A DNA stretch of 32,000 nt. Origin: Candidatus Electronema aureum (GTDB taxonomy: Bacteria; Desulfobacterota; Desulfobulbia; Desulfobulbales; Desulfobulbaceae). Positions 1 through 8,015 of this stretch are shown here, piece by piece (the first letter of the stretch is position 1; every line of letters starts with the position of its first letter). Location: the NCBI GenBank assembly GCA_004284765.1, contig NQJD01000023.1:6676-38675 (forward strand). The letters are read 5' to 3'. Position numbers and translations under genes: made by a program. The notes under the pieces were generated by a model. It ran no database searches. It saw nothing but the letters and a program-made list of their open reading frames with translations, and had not been told where the DNA came from.

Positions 1-595
1 GAATTGCGTCAAGGGCAGCACATAATTCAATCAACCGCCCTGCCCTGCCGCTAAAACGTTCCGCTATTCGTTCTTCGCAGTATGTAGCTAACGTGCGGAT
101 TTTGGAAATAGAATTGGGCAGACTTTCCATGCCTACCCAAGTACCTTCAGGTTTTCTCCCACCACCAGAGGCCGCCACATAATTATACAGCAAAATTTGG
201 TCTCTGGGATCAGTGGGTGGCTCGCCGTTGATGAAAACTCCAGCTTTTCCCAATTGCACCGGGCGACTAAGAAAAGAAAACCGGAGCAATTCAGGCTCTT
301 CTGCTAACCAATTCGCGCCGAGGCGAGGGGCAAGATTGTGCAAATCCAACCCCTGCATTTTGCTCCGCAGGTGAGTAGCCAAGGCCAGTTCGCGTTTCTC
401 TTGGCTGCGGTCAAGTGCGTTCTCGCTGGCCTTATTACCAAGCAACTCCGGCGGCAATGTATCCTTCAAATACGGGCAAAGATCAGCGCGAACTCCGGCC
501 TTGGTGACGACTGCTGCAAAGGCAAGACAAGCGGGATAGCCGCATTCACCGCAGTTAGTACCGGGCGTGTAATGGAGAAATTGATAGGGATTCAT
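1..595 (-). CDS. DUF3786-like protein with N-terminal Cys-rich putative Fe-S motif (3' end of gene outside window)
   Basis: Not in the ORF track because there is no stop in the window. Manual minus-strand translation from ATG 595-593 stays open to position 1: MNPYQFLHYTPGTNCGECGYPACLAFAAVVTKAGVRADLCPYL... The CGECGYPAC motif resembles the small putative Fe-S domain of RnfB/CODH-associated proteins. Family name is from memory. Confidence 0.55.
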   Translation of the reverse strand, partial: MNPYQFLHYTPGTNCGECGYPACLAFAAVVTKAGVRADLCPYLKDTLPPELLGNKASENALDRSQEKRELALATHLRSKMQGLDLHNLAPRLGANWLAEEPELLRFSFLSRPVQLGKAGVFINGEPPTDPRDQILLYNYVAASGGGRKPEGTWVGMESLPNSISKIRTLATYCEERIAERFSGRAGRLIELCAALDAI

Positions 596-609
596 CCCAA
601 CGGGAGAAA

Positions 610-1119
610 TTATTTCAGCTTGGCATTGAGACTGTTCAGCACTTCACCGGTGATATCGACAGAGTTGTCAAAATATAACACCGCAGTATTGGGCAAGACA
701 ACCGAATAGCCTTTGGCAGCAGCAACGGAGCGGACTATGCCCTCAAGTTCCTTCATGATCGGAGCAAGATTTTTGTCTTCAAGATTCTTGAGTTCCTTTC
801 TGGCATCATCTCGTTTGAATTCAAAATCACGGGTCTTTTTTTGGAATTCAAGAAGCTGCTCTTGCTTTTTGTCGTCACTCCAAGCTGATGCTTTCTTTTT
901 CATCTCATCTTGGAAAGCAGTCAACTGCTGCTTGTCACTTTCAAAAGAAGCCTTCAGCTCCTTCATCCTCTGCTCAATTTTGCTCTTGGCTGCCATACCT
1001 GCGGAAGATTTAGTAAGCACATCTTGAATATTAAGAACAGCTATTTTTACCTCTGCCGCAGAAACAGAAGCGGTAACAAAGAAAAAAAGAGCAGCCAAAA
1101 GAGCAGCAGTTCTATTCAC
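610..1119 (-). CDS. skp: OmpH/Skp-family periplasmic chaperone
   Basis: 169 aa with a signal peptide (LFFFVTASVSA-AE). The body is Lys/Glu/Gln-rich and coiled-coil-like, and the C-terminal YSVVL...D.T..V is typical of Skp. GTG start with AGGAG upstream. Confidence 0.8.
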   Translation of the reverse strand: MNRTAALLAALFFFVTASVSAAEVKIAVLNIQDVLTKSSAGMAAKSKIEQRMKELKASFESDKQQLTAFQDEMKKKASAWSDDKKQEQLLEFQKKTRDFEFKRDDARKELKNLEDKNLAPIMKELEGIVRSVAAAKGYSVVLPNTAVLYFDNSVDITGEVLNSLNAKLK

Positions 1120-1172
1120 AATATATCTCCTTTAATGGGAATTACAGATCGGTTGAAACGAGGCGGGATGGT

Positions 1173-1215
1173 AAAAAAACAAACAGGTTCTTCAGCATCA
1201 TGGCAGAAGAACCTG
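1173..1215 (-). terminator. Rho-independent terminator downstream of pal
   Basis: 10-bp perfect stem, caggttcttc (1184-1193) with gaagaacctg (1206-1215), and a 12-nt loop. On the minus strand it is followed by tttgttttttt (1173-1183). Confidence 0.75.
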
Positions 1216-1235
1216 AAACCAGTGCGGGTCAGACT

Positions 1236-1796
1236 TTATTCAGCAAATACAAAGTCAGCTCTCCGGTTCTGCGCCCAAGATTGCTCATCCTGACCGAAGA
1301 CCAGCGGCTTTTCTTCACCCCAGCTCACGGTTGAAAGCTGTCCGGCTTCAACGCCAAGTTTGATCAGATACTTTTTGGCTGCATTGGCGCGGCGTTCGCC
1401 CAGAGCAAGGTTGTATTCCCGAGTACCACGCTCGTCGCAGTTGCCTTCGATTCGTATTTTCTTATCTTTTTTCTCTTTAAGAAAATCACCGTTATGCTCA
1501 ACTCGACTCACTTGGTCGCCTTCAATCCGAGAGGAATCGTACTCGAAATAAACCGGCAACATTGGTCCAGAAGTACGACCTTCAGCAAAGTTACCTTGAC
1601 CATCTTGTCCTGCTGGACTTGCCAAGGATTCGTCTTGTCCAGGAGTCTCGCCTGTTGCTGCCTCAGCACTACCTCCGTTGCTTGCTGCCGCAGCAGCATC
1701 TGCATCGGTCGGCTTCTTTTTGCTACAGCCGGTCATGGAAAAAGGTACAACTAAAGCCATAAAAACACAAAAACACAACGTTTTACTCACTTGCAT
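1236..1796 (-). CDS. pal: Peptidoglycan-associated lipoprotein Pal (OmpA-like C-terminal domain)
   Basis: Lipobox SMTGC. The OmpA_C motifs are GNCDERGTREYNLALGERRANAAKKYL and NRRADFVF. The track start is 1808; I prefer the ATG at 1796 (MQVSK...), which has GGAG 6 nt upstream. Confidence 0.85.
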   Translation of the reverse strand: MQVSKTLCFCVFMALVVPFSMTGCSKKKPTDADAAAAASNGGSAEAATGETPGQDESLASPAGQDGQGNFAEGRTSGPMLPVYFEYDSSRIEGDQVSRVEHNGDFLKEKKDKKIRIEGNCDERGTREYNLALGERRANAAKKYLIKLGVEAGQLSTVSWGEEKPLVFGQDEQSWAQNRRADFVFAE

Positions 1797-2013
1797 CTTC
1801 ATCTCCATACTTGGGTAAGTATTTTATCAGTATTGGTTCTTCGTATCGTACCAGAACAGGGGAAGAATTCAACATTTTTCTGTGAAAAAAGGAATTCGCT
1901 TGCAAAACCTGAGCAGCCCATCTACTCTTAACCTGTTTGAGGAGCCAAGTTTTGTCATGAAAACCAAGACCCAGTAGGCTGCGCATTTTTTTAGCAGAGC
2001 ACCAAGGATACTC

Positions 2014-4212
2014 GTGATTCCCAAAAAGTCCGTTAATGTTGATAGTGCAGAAGAGCTAATCTGCACCAGCAGATTTGGTACATTCTTCGGCGTACCGCAG
2101 CAGGTCTTCAACCGTGTCTGGCAGGCTTTAAGCCGCCCTGACAGCGGGTCGGTAGCCTATGTTTCCATGGAAATCGGCGCAGACCCCGATATCTTTCATC
2201 CGGTGCAAGATTTTCTTCGAGAACAAGCCTACACAAAAAGTGAAAACCCAGCACTCCTGCGTCTGCTCAAAAAATACTTAAACGGTCCCCGTAAAGTACC
2301 CAATTATAGCGGTGGTCTCGGCGTGTTGGCCGGTGATACCCTGAAGAGCTTTGCTGATCTCCACATGCCGGTCTTTGCAGTCTCACTGCTCTACCGGGAA
2401 GGTTATTTCTCCCAGTTGGTTGATTCCAGAGTAGGCCAGATTGATCAGGCCACCCAGTGGAGTCCTGAAGCGACACCGACTCTGTTTCAATTAGAAGACC
2501 CGGAACAGCCCGGTCAACCGTTAGAGCTGACTGTACCTTTTTTCAATGAGTACGATCATCCCACCTTGGCCAAGGCCCATGTCTGGATGAAGATGGAAAT
2601 CAGCGAGGAAATGGACTATTTTGTGCCAGAATTCCTGCTTGATTACTCCATTCCCTCGTCGCCGCCGTGGGTGCGCGAAGCCGGTCTGCGGTTGTACAGT
2701 GCCAAATCCGACATCATGAAGGCTAATCAGCGCCGGATGCTCGGTTCTGGAGTGCTGCCTCTGGCGGAACGACTGGGCTTGACGATAGGCACCATTCACC
2801 TCAATGAACAGCACGGGGTGGCAGTCACGCTGCATCTTATTCTCCGCCAGTTAGAAAAAAAGCTGGGGACAGACTGCCACAACTGCATGAGTGATCAAGA
2901 CATCTTAGCAGCAGCAGAGGAAGCAGCCAAGCGGATTGTCTATACCATTCACACCCCGGTTAAGGCCGGGCATGATCGCTTTGCCCGCTCGCTTTACACC
3001 GGTATTAGCCATGCCACCTGCCACCGCATCCTTGATCTGTTAGCCAATGATGCAGATTCGCCGCATGAATACAACTTTACCGCCTTTGCCATGCGAGTCA
3101 ATCGGGCGGTGAACAGCGTCAGTCGCCTACACCGAGATGTAACCCGCAAACAGTTTCCTGAGTTTGCACAAAAGATTAGAGCTGTGACCAACGGCGTGCA
3201 TCATCTGACGTGGATCAGCTCGGCCAGAGCAGCAGTCTTTGACAGTACGGACGAGCTGTTTGGCTGGCGCGATGATCCAGGTATCTTTGTCCAAGCAGAA
3301 ATCGGCAACGACCCGGTTTTTCTTGGCAAGCTCCAGCAGGCGTGGGCAGAAGACAACCGCACCTTGGTGAACTACGTCAATCGGATGCTTTCGGAACACC
3401 GCAGCCGGATGGAAGAGACGTGGATTGATCCGCCCAACTATCTTTCTCATCTTCGGCAGGGCGAGACCAGCCAGCTCAGTCCGGGTACGTTTACCATTGG
3501 CTTTGCCCGCCGCTTTTCTACCTACAAACGGGCTGACCTGATCTTTGAGGACATCCCGGCCTTAGCCGATATTCTGCTGAAAAACAACTGGAAGGTCAAC
3601 TTCCTCTTCGCAGGTAAAGCGCATCCGCAGGATGAACCTGGCAAGTCAGTGCTGAAGCTGATCCTCGATAATCAAGAGGAGCTGTACACACGAAGCAAGG
3701 GCTTGGCTCGGCTGCTTTTTATCCCCGGCTATGACATGCGCATCGCCCGAATGATGGTTGCCGGTGTCCATACTTGGCTCAACAGCCCTAAGCGACCTTT
3801 GGAGGCTTCGGGTACCAGCGGCATGAAAGCGGCCATGAACGGTGTACCCAATCTGAGCGTGATGGACGGCTGGTGGGTAGAAGGGTATCATGAGGGGCAG
3901 ACCGGCTGGAAGTTTGGCTACGAAGGCCCGCTTACTGCTGACAGCCTGAGTGAGGCACCTGAAACCCTGCTTTACGCTGAGGACTCACGCTCTTTTTACG
4001 CGCTGCTGCCCAAGGTGCTGGAGATGTTCTATGACCGGCCTGATGAGTATCTCCAGTTGGCGGTCAGTAACCTGAAACTGAATGTGCCGATCTTTAACAC
4101 CCACCGCATGGCAGCGGAATATGTCCGCAAATACAACCTGCGACTCGACCCGGAAACTGCGGCCCGCATTGAGGGCTTTGCCCGGCTTTACAAAAGCGAT
4201 TCCTGCGACTAA
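2014..4212 (+). CDS. glgP: Alpha-glucan (glycogen/maltodextrin) phosphorylase, GT35 family
   Basis: 732 aa with VAYVSMEIG near the N-terminus. The PLP-lysine region is EASGTSGMKAAMNGVPNLSVMDGWW. The GTG start is uncertain. Confidence 0.85.
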   Translation: MIPKKSVNVDSAEELICTSRFGTFFGVPQQVFNRVWQALSRPDSGSVAYVSMEIGADPDIFHPVQDFLREQAYTKSENPALLRLLKKYLNGPRKVPNYSGGLGVLAGDTLKSFADLHMPVFAVSLLYREGYFSQLVDSRVGQIDQATQWSPEATPTLFQLEDPEQPGQPLELTVPFFNEYDHPTLAKAHVWMKMEISEEMDYFVPEFLLDYSIPSSPPWVREAGLRLYSAKSDIMKANQRRMLGSGVLPLAERLGLTIGTIHLNEQHGVAVTLHLILRQLEKKLGTDCHNCMSDQDILAAAEEAAKRIVYTIHTPVKAGHDRFARSLYTGISHATCHRILDLLANDADSPHEYNFTAFAMRVNRAVNSVSRLHRDVTRKQFPEFAQKIRAVTNGVHHLTWISSARAAVFDSTDELFGWRDDPGIFVQAEIGNDPVFLGKLQQAWAEDNRTLVNYVNRMLSEHRSRMEETWIDPPNYLSHLRQGETSQLSPGTFTIGFARRFSTYKRADLIFEDIPALADILLKNNWKVNFLFAGKAHPQDEPGKSVLKLILDNQEELYTRSKGLARLLFIPGYDMRIARMMVAGVHTWLNSPKRPLEASGTSGMKAAMNGVPNLSVMDGWWVEGYHEGQTGWKFGYEGPLTADSLSEAPETLLYAEDSRSFYALLPKVLEMFYDRPDEYLQLAVSNLKLNVPIFNTHRMAAEYVRKYNLRLDPETAARIEGFARLYKSDSCD

Positions 4213-4227
4213 CAAGGAGAACATAGC

Positions 4228-4659
4228 ATGGCCCGCCACATCAATCCCAGCGGCTCAACCAACAAAGCGATAGATGCTCTTGACCGAAAAAGAGAACGAG
4301 AGCGCCGCTTTATCCTCAGCAAGGCCAGAGACATTGCCCCGGAGCTGGCTGTCCGGTTAGTGCAGCGACTTTTAGATGCGCACATCATTGAAACCAATGA
4401 TGTCCATGCCATTCAAGACGGTGTGGAGCGGCAGCTGCGTGAGCCTGCGGAGATGGAAGAATTTGAGATTCGGCTGAAGATTGCCGATATCCGTACCTTA
4501 GTGCCAGACCCAAACATCCTTAGTCTCTACCTGACCGCCTACATTATCAATGACCTCATCGATCATCCACGGGTGCAGGATGTGTTTGGTAGTGACTTGG
4601 ATGTCTATAACGCGGTTGATTCCGTGCTCTCCAAGATTCGGCAAGGCGCAGAAGACTGA
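4228..4659 (+). CDS. Hypothetical small cytoplasmic protein, translationally coupled to the radical SAM gene
   Basis: 143-aa ORF with AAGGAGA upstream of the ATG. Its stop overlaps the next start (TGATG at 4657-4661). I recognise no family. Confidence 0.6.
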   Translation: MARHINPSGSTNKAIDALDRKRERERRFILSKARDIAPELAVRLVQRLLDAHIIETNDVHAIQDGVERQLREPAEMEEFEIRLKIADIRTLVPDPNILSLYLTAYIINDLIDHPRVQDVFGSDLDVYNAVDSVLSKIRQGAED

Positions 4660-5936
4660 TGGGCAAAAGTACGCGGCCTTCCTTAGTTTTCGCCAATCGT
4701 CAGGGCGAAATCCTTGACTATGAGGGTTTGGAAATGGCCGGAAGCAGCGCAGGGAATTTTTTCAGCCCTGCGCCGGAGGAACTGGTTCCTCTGCCAGAGG
4801 GCAGCGAGTTGTTTGTCCTGCCAAATCGCTTGCCAGTGGGCATTGAGCCGGAGAGTGGTGAAGCAGCTCTGCTGGCAGAAAATCCCTATGATGGCAGTCC
4901 GATTTCCGCCGTGGCGGCGTTCATGGCTCCGGCTCATACTGCGATTTACACCGCTGCCTATGAGACACAGGAAAAAGCTCCGCTGCTGCCGCTCTTCGCC
5001 TACACCGCTGTGGGCTGGCAAGATGGCAGATTCGTTGTCGCCGCCTTCCGCAGTGACAACGATATCCGTCAAGACCCCAAGGGCTTTGATCAACGGCTGA
5101 TCAACAAGAAGACAGCAGCCAAGCTGAAGAAATACCCACACAACCGGCTCATTCAGCATCTCGGTAAATGCTGTCTGACCTACGCTTGTCCCGCTGCCCG
5201 CAACTACTTCCTCGGTCGCTGGGAAGCCCCGCTGCCGACCTCTCCCTGCTGCAACGCGGGCTGTATTGGCTGCATCTCCCAGCAGCCCAGCGGCTGTTGT
5301 CCGTCAACCCAAGACCGCATTCACTTTGTCCCCTCGACCACAGAACTGTTAGAAATAGCTGTGCCACATTTGGAGAAAGCAGCTAAAGCGGTAGTCAGTT
5401 TTGGTCAAGGCTGTGAGGGCGAGCCACTGCTGCAAGCTCCGACGCTTGAATCTTCCATTCGCCAGATGCGAGCGCAGACCAGCAAAGGTACGATCAATCT
5501 TAACACTAACGCCAGTTTACCCGCTGCGGTTGACCGACTCGCACAGGCCGGGTTAGATTCAATCCGGGTGTCGATGAACTCGGCGCGCGCGGAGATGCAC
5601 CATCGTTATTATCGGCCTTCTGGCTTCTCCTTCGCTGATGTACGCCAAACCATCGAGGTAATGAAGAAACATGGTCGCCACGTTTCGCTCAACTATTTCA
5701 TCATACCCGGCTTTACCGATGACCCAGACGAACACGCCGCTCTCTGCGAGCTGATCACCTCCTGCCCACCTGACCTGATCCAACTTCGCAATCTGAACAT
5801 GGACCCAGAGCATTATTTGAAGGCGGTTGGCCATGCGCCGAATAAACCCGCTTTAGGAATGCTCCGCTGGCTCAAGCTCCTTAAAGAGGAATTCCCGCAG
5901 CTCAAATTTGGCTATTTCAATCCAGCCTTACGCTGA
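4659..5936 (+). CDS. Radical SAM protein with an uncharacterised N-terminal domain and a Cys-rich segment
   Basis: CX3CX2C motif CNAGCIGC at residues 198-205. The downstream TIM-barrel-like motifs are GEPLL and LDSIRVSMNS. Confidence 0.8.
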   Translation: MGKSTRPSLVFANRQGEILDYEGLEMAGSSAGNFFSPAPEELVPLPEGSELFVLPNRLPVGIEPESGEAALLAENPYDGSPISAVAAFMAPAHTAIYTAAYETQEKAPLLPLFAYTAVGWQDGRFVVAAFRSDNDIRQDPKGFDQRLINKKTAAKLKKYPHNRLIQHLGKCCLTYACPAARNYFLGRWEAPLPTSPCCNAGCIGCISQQPSGCCPSTQDRIHFVPSTTELLEIAVPHLEKAAKAVVSFGQGCEGEPLLQAPTLESSIRQMRAQTSKGTINLNTNASLPAAVDRLAQAGLDSIRVSMNSARAEMHHRYYRPSGFSFADVRQTIEVMKKHGRHVSLNYFIIPGFTDDPDEHAALCELITSCPPDLIQLRNLNMDPEHYLKAVGHAPNKPALGMLRWLKLLKEEFPQLKFGYFNPALR

Positions 5937-6243
5937 CCTCGTGTTGCTCAAGGCGTACAAAAGCTATATTGATAGGGAGCTGAAGAGTGTCGAGCAGGGA
6001 ACGTAAGAGCTTCGAGCGAGACAAATTTAAAACGTCGCTCGACAAAATTCAGAAGCGTCGGGTGAGGGAATTTACAGGGTCACGGCTTGCTTTGATCCGA
6101 CAACGGACGGTGATACTCCGTTTTGTAAAATTGAACAGCGTAACTCCTAATCAGTTGACACAGGAATGATGGAGGTTATATTCAAAGAAGGTTCCAGTGT
6201 TAAAAAGTTCTTTTCCCCCTCAGTGGCCACCAAACGAGGATCG

Positions 6244-7206
6244 ATGTTGAGAAACATTTCTGCGGCAGCCTTTGCGCTGCTGATCGTGTTCTTCCGCTGC
6301 CTGCCTGCGCTCGCGGTAGCACAGATAGAGGACATCCGCTTTGAGACTGTTTCCCCGAACGAGGAGCGAGTTGTGTTCCGGCTCAACAGTCCTGTTCTTC
6401 CAAACTCCTTCCCGATGAAGGATGGCAGTCCCAGAATGGTTTTTGACTTCAATGATACCGGTGTTTCCAAGCGGATTAAAAACACCCTTGAGACCAAGGG
6501 TACCCTGATTCAACGCATCCGAGTTGGCATCCACGACAACAAGACGCGCGTAGTGCTGGACTTGGCACCGGGCAGACAAACCAAGAGTTTCAAAGAGCCG
6601 GGGGCGAGCGGTACTCTCCTGACCGTGGTTGTTCATGATGCCAGCGTTCAGCCAGAGCCGAGAAAGGCTGCCGCAACCGCAGGCACCATCTGGACACCCA
6701 CTGCGGGAAAAACCCCAGAAGTAAAGCCTGTTGTCCGACTGCCTGAGGAGAAGCAGGTGCAGACTGTAACAACAGCACCACCTCCGGTCAAGGTGCCGGA
6801 AGAGCCAATCGTCAAGCCCGTAGCAAAGCCTTTCTCTGCCGCTGCCACGGTGCTGACTTCAGTGATTTTTGATAAGAATTCCAACCGGGGCGAGATGGTC
6901 ATGTTCCGACTGAACAAATTCCATCCGCCCGTAGTCTTTGGCTTGGAAGAGAAGAAGCCGAGGGTGGTCTGTGACTTTCAAGACACCGCTGCGGGCGAGC
7001 GTCTGCCAGAGAATATCCCAGCAGACGGCAAGTTTGTTCGAGGTATCCGCATCAGCAAGGAAGAATCAGGCAATAAAATCCGGGTGGTACTGGATTTAGC
7101 ACCGAGCAACAACTATGATCTCCAGCAGGTCTTTTTCAAGAATGACAATCTCTTTGTCCTGATTATCAATACCCTCGGCAGTTCGGCTACTAAAAAGCTG
7201 AACTAA
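6244..7206 (+). CDS. Secreted protein with two AMIN domains joined by a Pro-rich linker
   Basis: The signal peptide MLRNISAAAFALLIVFFRCLPALAVAQ starts at ATG 6244, with GAGGA 4 nt upstream (the track start 6166 is less likely). Two copies of the AMIN-like pattern end in RVVLDLAP: the first (FRLN...MVFDF...IRVG...TRVVLDLAP) and the second (FRLN...VVCDF...IRISKE...IRVVLDLAP). Confidence 0.75.
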   Translation: MLRNISAAAFALLIVFFRCLPALAVAQIEDIRFETVSPNEERVVFRLNSPVLPNSFPMKDGSPRMVFDFNDTGVSKRIKNTLETKGTLIQRIRVGIHDNKTRVVLDLAPGRQTKSFKEPGASGTLLTVVVHDASVQPEPRKAAATAGTIWTPTAGKTPEVKPVVRLPEEKQVQTVTTAPPPVKVPEEPIVKPVAKPFSAAATVLTSVIFDKNSNRGEMVMFRLNKFHPPVVFGLEEKKPRVVCDFQDTAAGERLPENIPADGKFVRGIRISKEESGNKIRVVLDLAPSNNYDLQQVFFKNDNLFVLIINTLGSSATKKLN

Positions 7207-8015
7207 TCCTTGTCAGTCATTTCTTTAACTGTGAAATGCGGTGGCAGCGTAACCTCAAACCGTTGCTTATCAAGAGGGCCATAACCGAAGATTTCGCCGA
7301 ATTCAATCGAGTAATCTGCTTCTAATGCCTTACCGGACAGATTGATCTTGCCGGGCCAAGCGCAGGCTTTTGCGGTCTTAACATAGCCGCTGTAGCGAGC
7401 TTCAAACAGTATTTCATCGGTTTTCTTATCCATGACTATATGACGGCTGAGGCGGTTCTGCCGGTCTAACGCGAGAATATGAGCGGTTCTGCCGTCGGTG
7501 GAACCGCCATGCCACCAGAGCGTTCCCTCGGCATCTGTTCGTGCCGCCGCAGTCTGCATCCTTTCTCCACGTACCCGTCCGCTTAACCACAAAAAAAGGT
7601 CATCCATTGGGATGAAAGAAGGAAGGAAGCGGCGCACGAACTTCAACTCGGTATTGCCCCGATAGCCCTGCGCCTTTCGATTATCGGCCAGCGTGAAGGT
7701 CTTGCCGTCAGAACCCAGCAAAAGCAGAGGTCTGCCGAGTGGGTCGGTTAGGGCTAACCGCAGTGAGGCCGGGGCAGCTGCCTGTAAGGTCGCCGGATAG
7801 GTCTCTTGCTGGGCATAGGCTTTCCAGCTGAGTTTAACATCGCTATCTATTCCATCAACGCAGGACTGCGTTAAGAAGTTACTCAAACGCTCTTCTGCCA
7901 GCTTCAGTCTTTTGCCATCAAGCTGCGCTGACTGGTGTGATACTTTGCTTGCGCAGCCGCCCAGCAGTAGAGAAGCGAGACAGAGGCAAGCGAACTGAGA
8001 TCGGAACGTGTTCAT
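7203..8015 (-). CDS. Lipoprotein, possibly LolB/DUF4292-like fold
   Basis: Lipobox LLGGC. ATGA overlap with the upstream TPR gene at 8012-8015. The fold assignment is a guess from size and context. Confidence 0.6.
   Translation of the reverse strand: MNTFRSQFACLCLASLLLGGCASKVSHQSAQLDGKRLKLAEERLSNFLTQSCVDGIDSDVKLSWKAYAQQETYPATLQAAAPASLRLALTDPLGRPLLLLGSDGKTFTLADNRKAQGYRGNTELKFVRRFLPSFIPMDDLFLWLSGRVRGERMQTAAARTDAEGTLWWHGGSTDGRTAHILALDRQNRLSRHIVMDKKTDEILFEARYSGYVKTAKACAWPGKINLSGKALEADYSIEFGEIFGYGPLDKQRFEVTLPPHFTVKEMTDKD

Noticed and set aside
338-1027. Plus-strand ORFs of 123 and 104 aa at the left end. Many other antisense ORFs of 60-190 aa lie inside large genes, for example 14827-15655, 17318-18247, 26129-27271 and 30793-31353.
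   Set aside because: Each lies antisense to a gene with strong motif support. Their biased compositions (Arg/Ser/Cys/Leu-rich) are typical of shadow ORFs.
5987-6169. 60-aa GTG-initiated basic ORF between the radical SAM and AMIN genes.
   Set aside because: It has no SD and no recognisable domain, and it is just at the ORF-length threshold. It could be a real small protein, but the sequence alone does not support it.
7203-7206. Convergent genes with overlapping stop codons (CTAA: TAA on plus, TAG on minus). A similar near-abutment occurs at 20229-20236.
   Set aside because: This is genome compaction. No additional structure or signal is visible.
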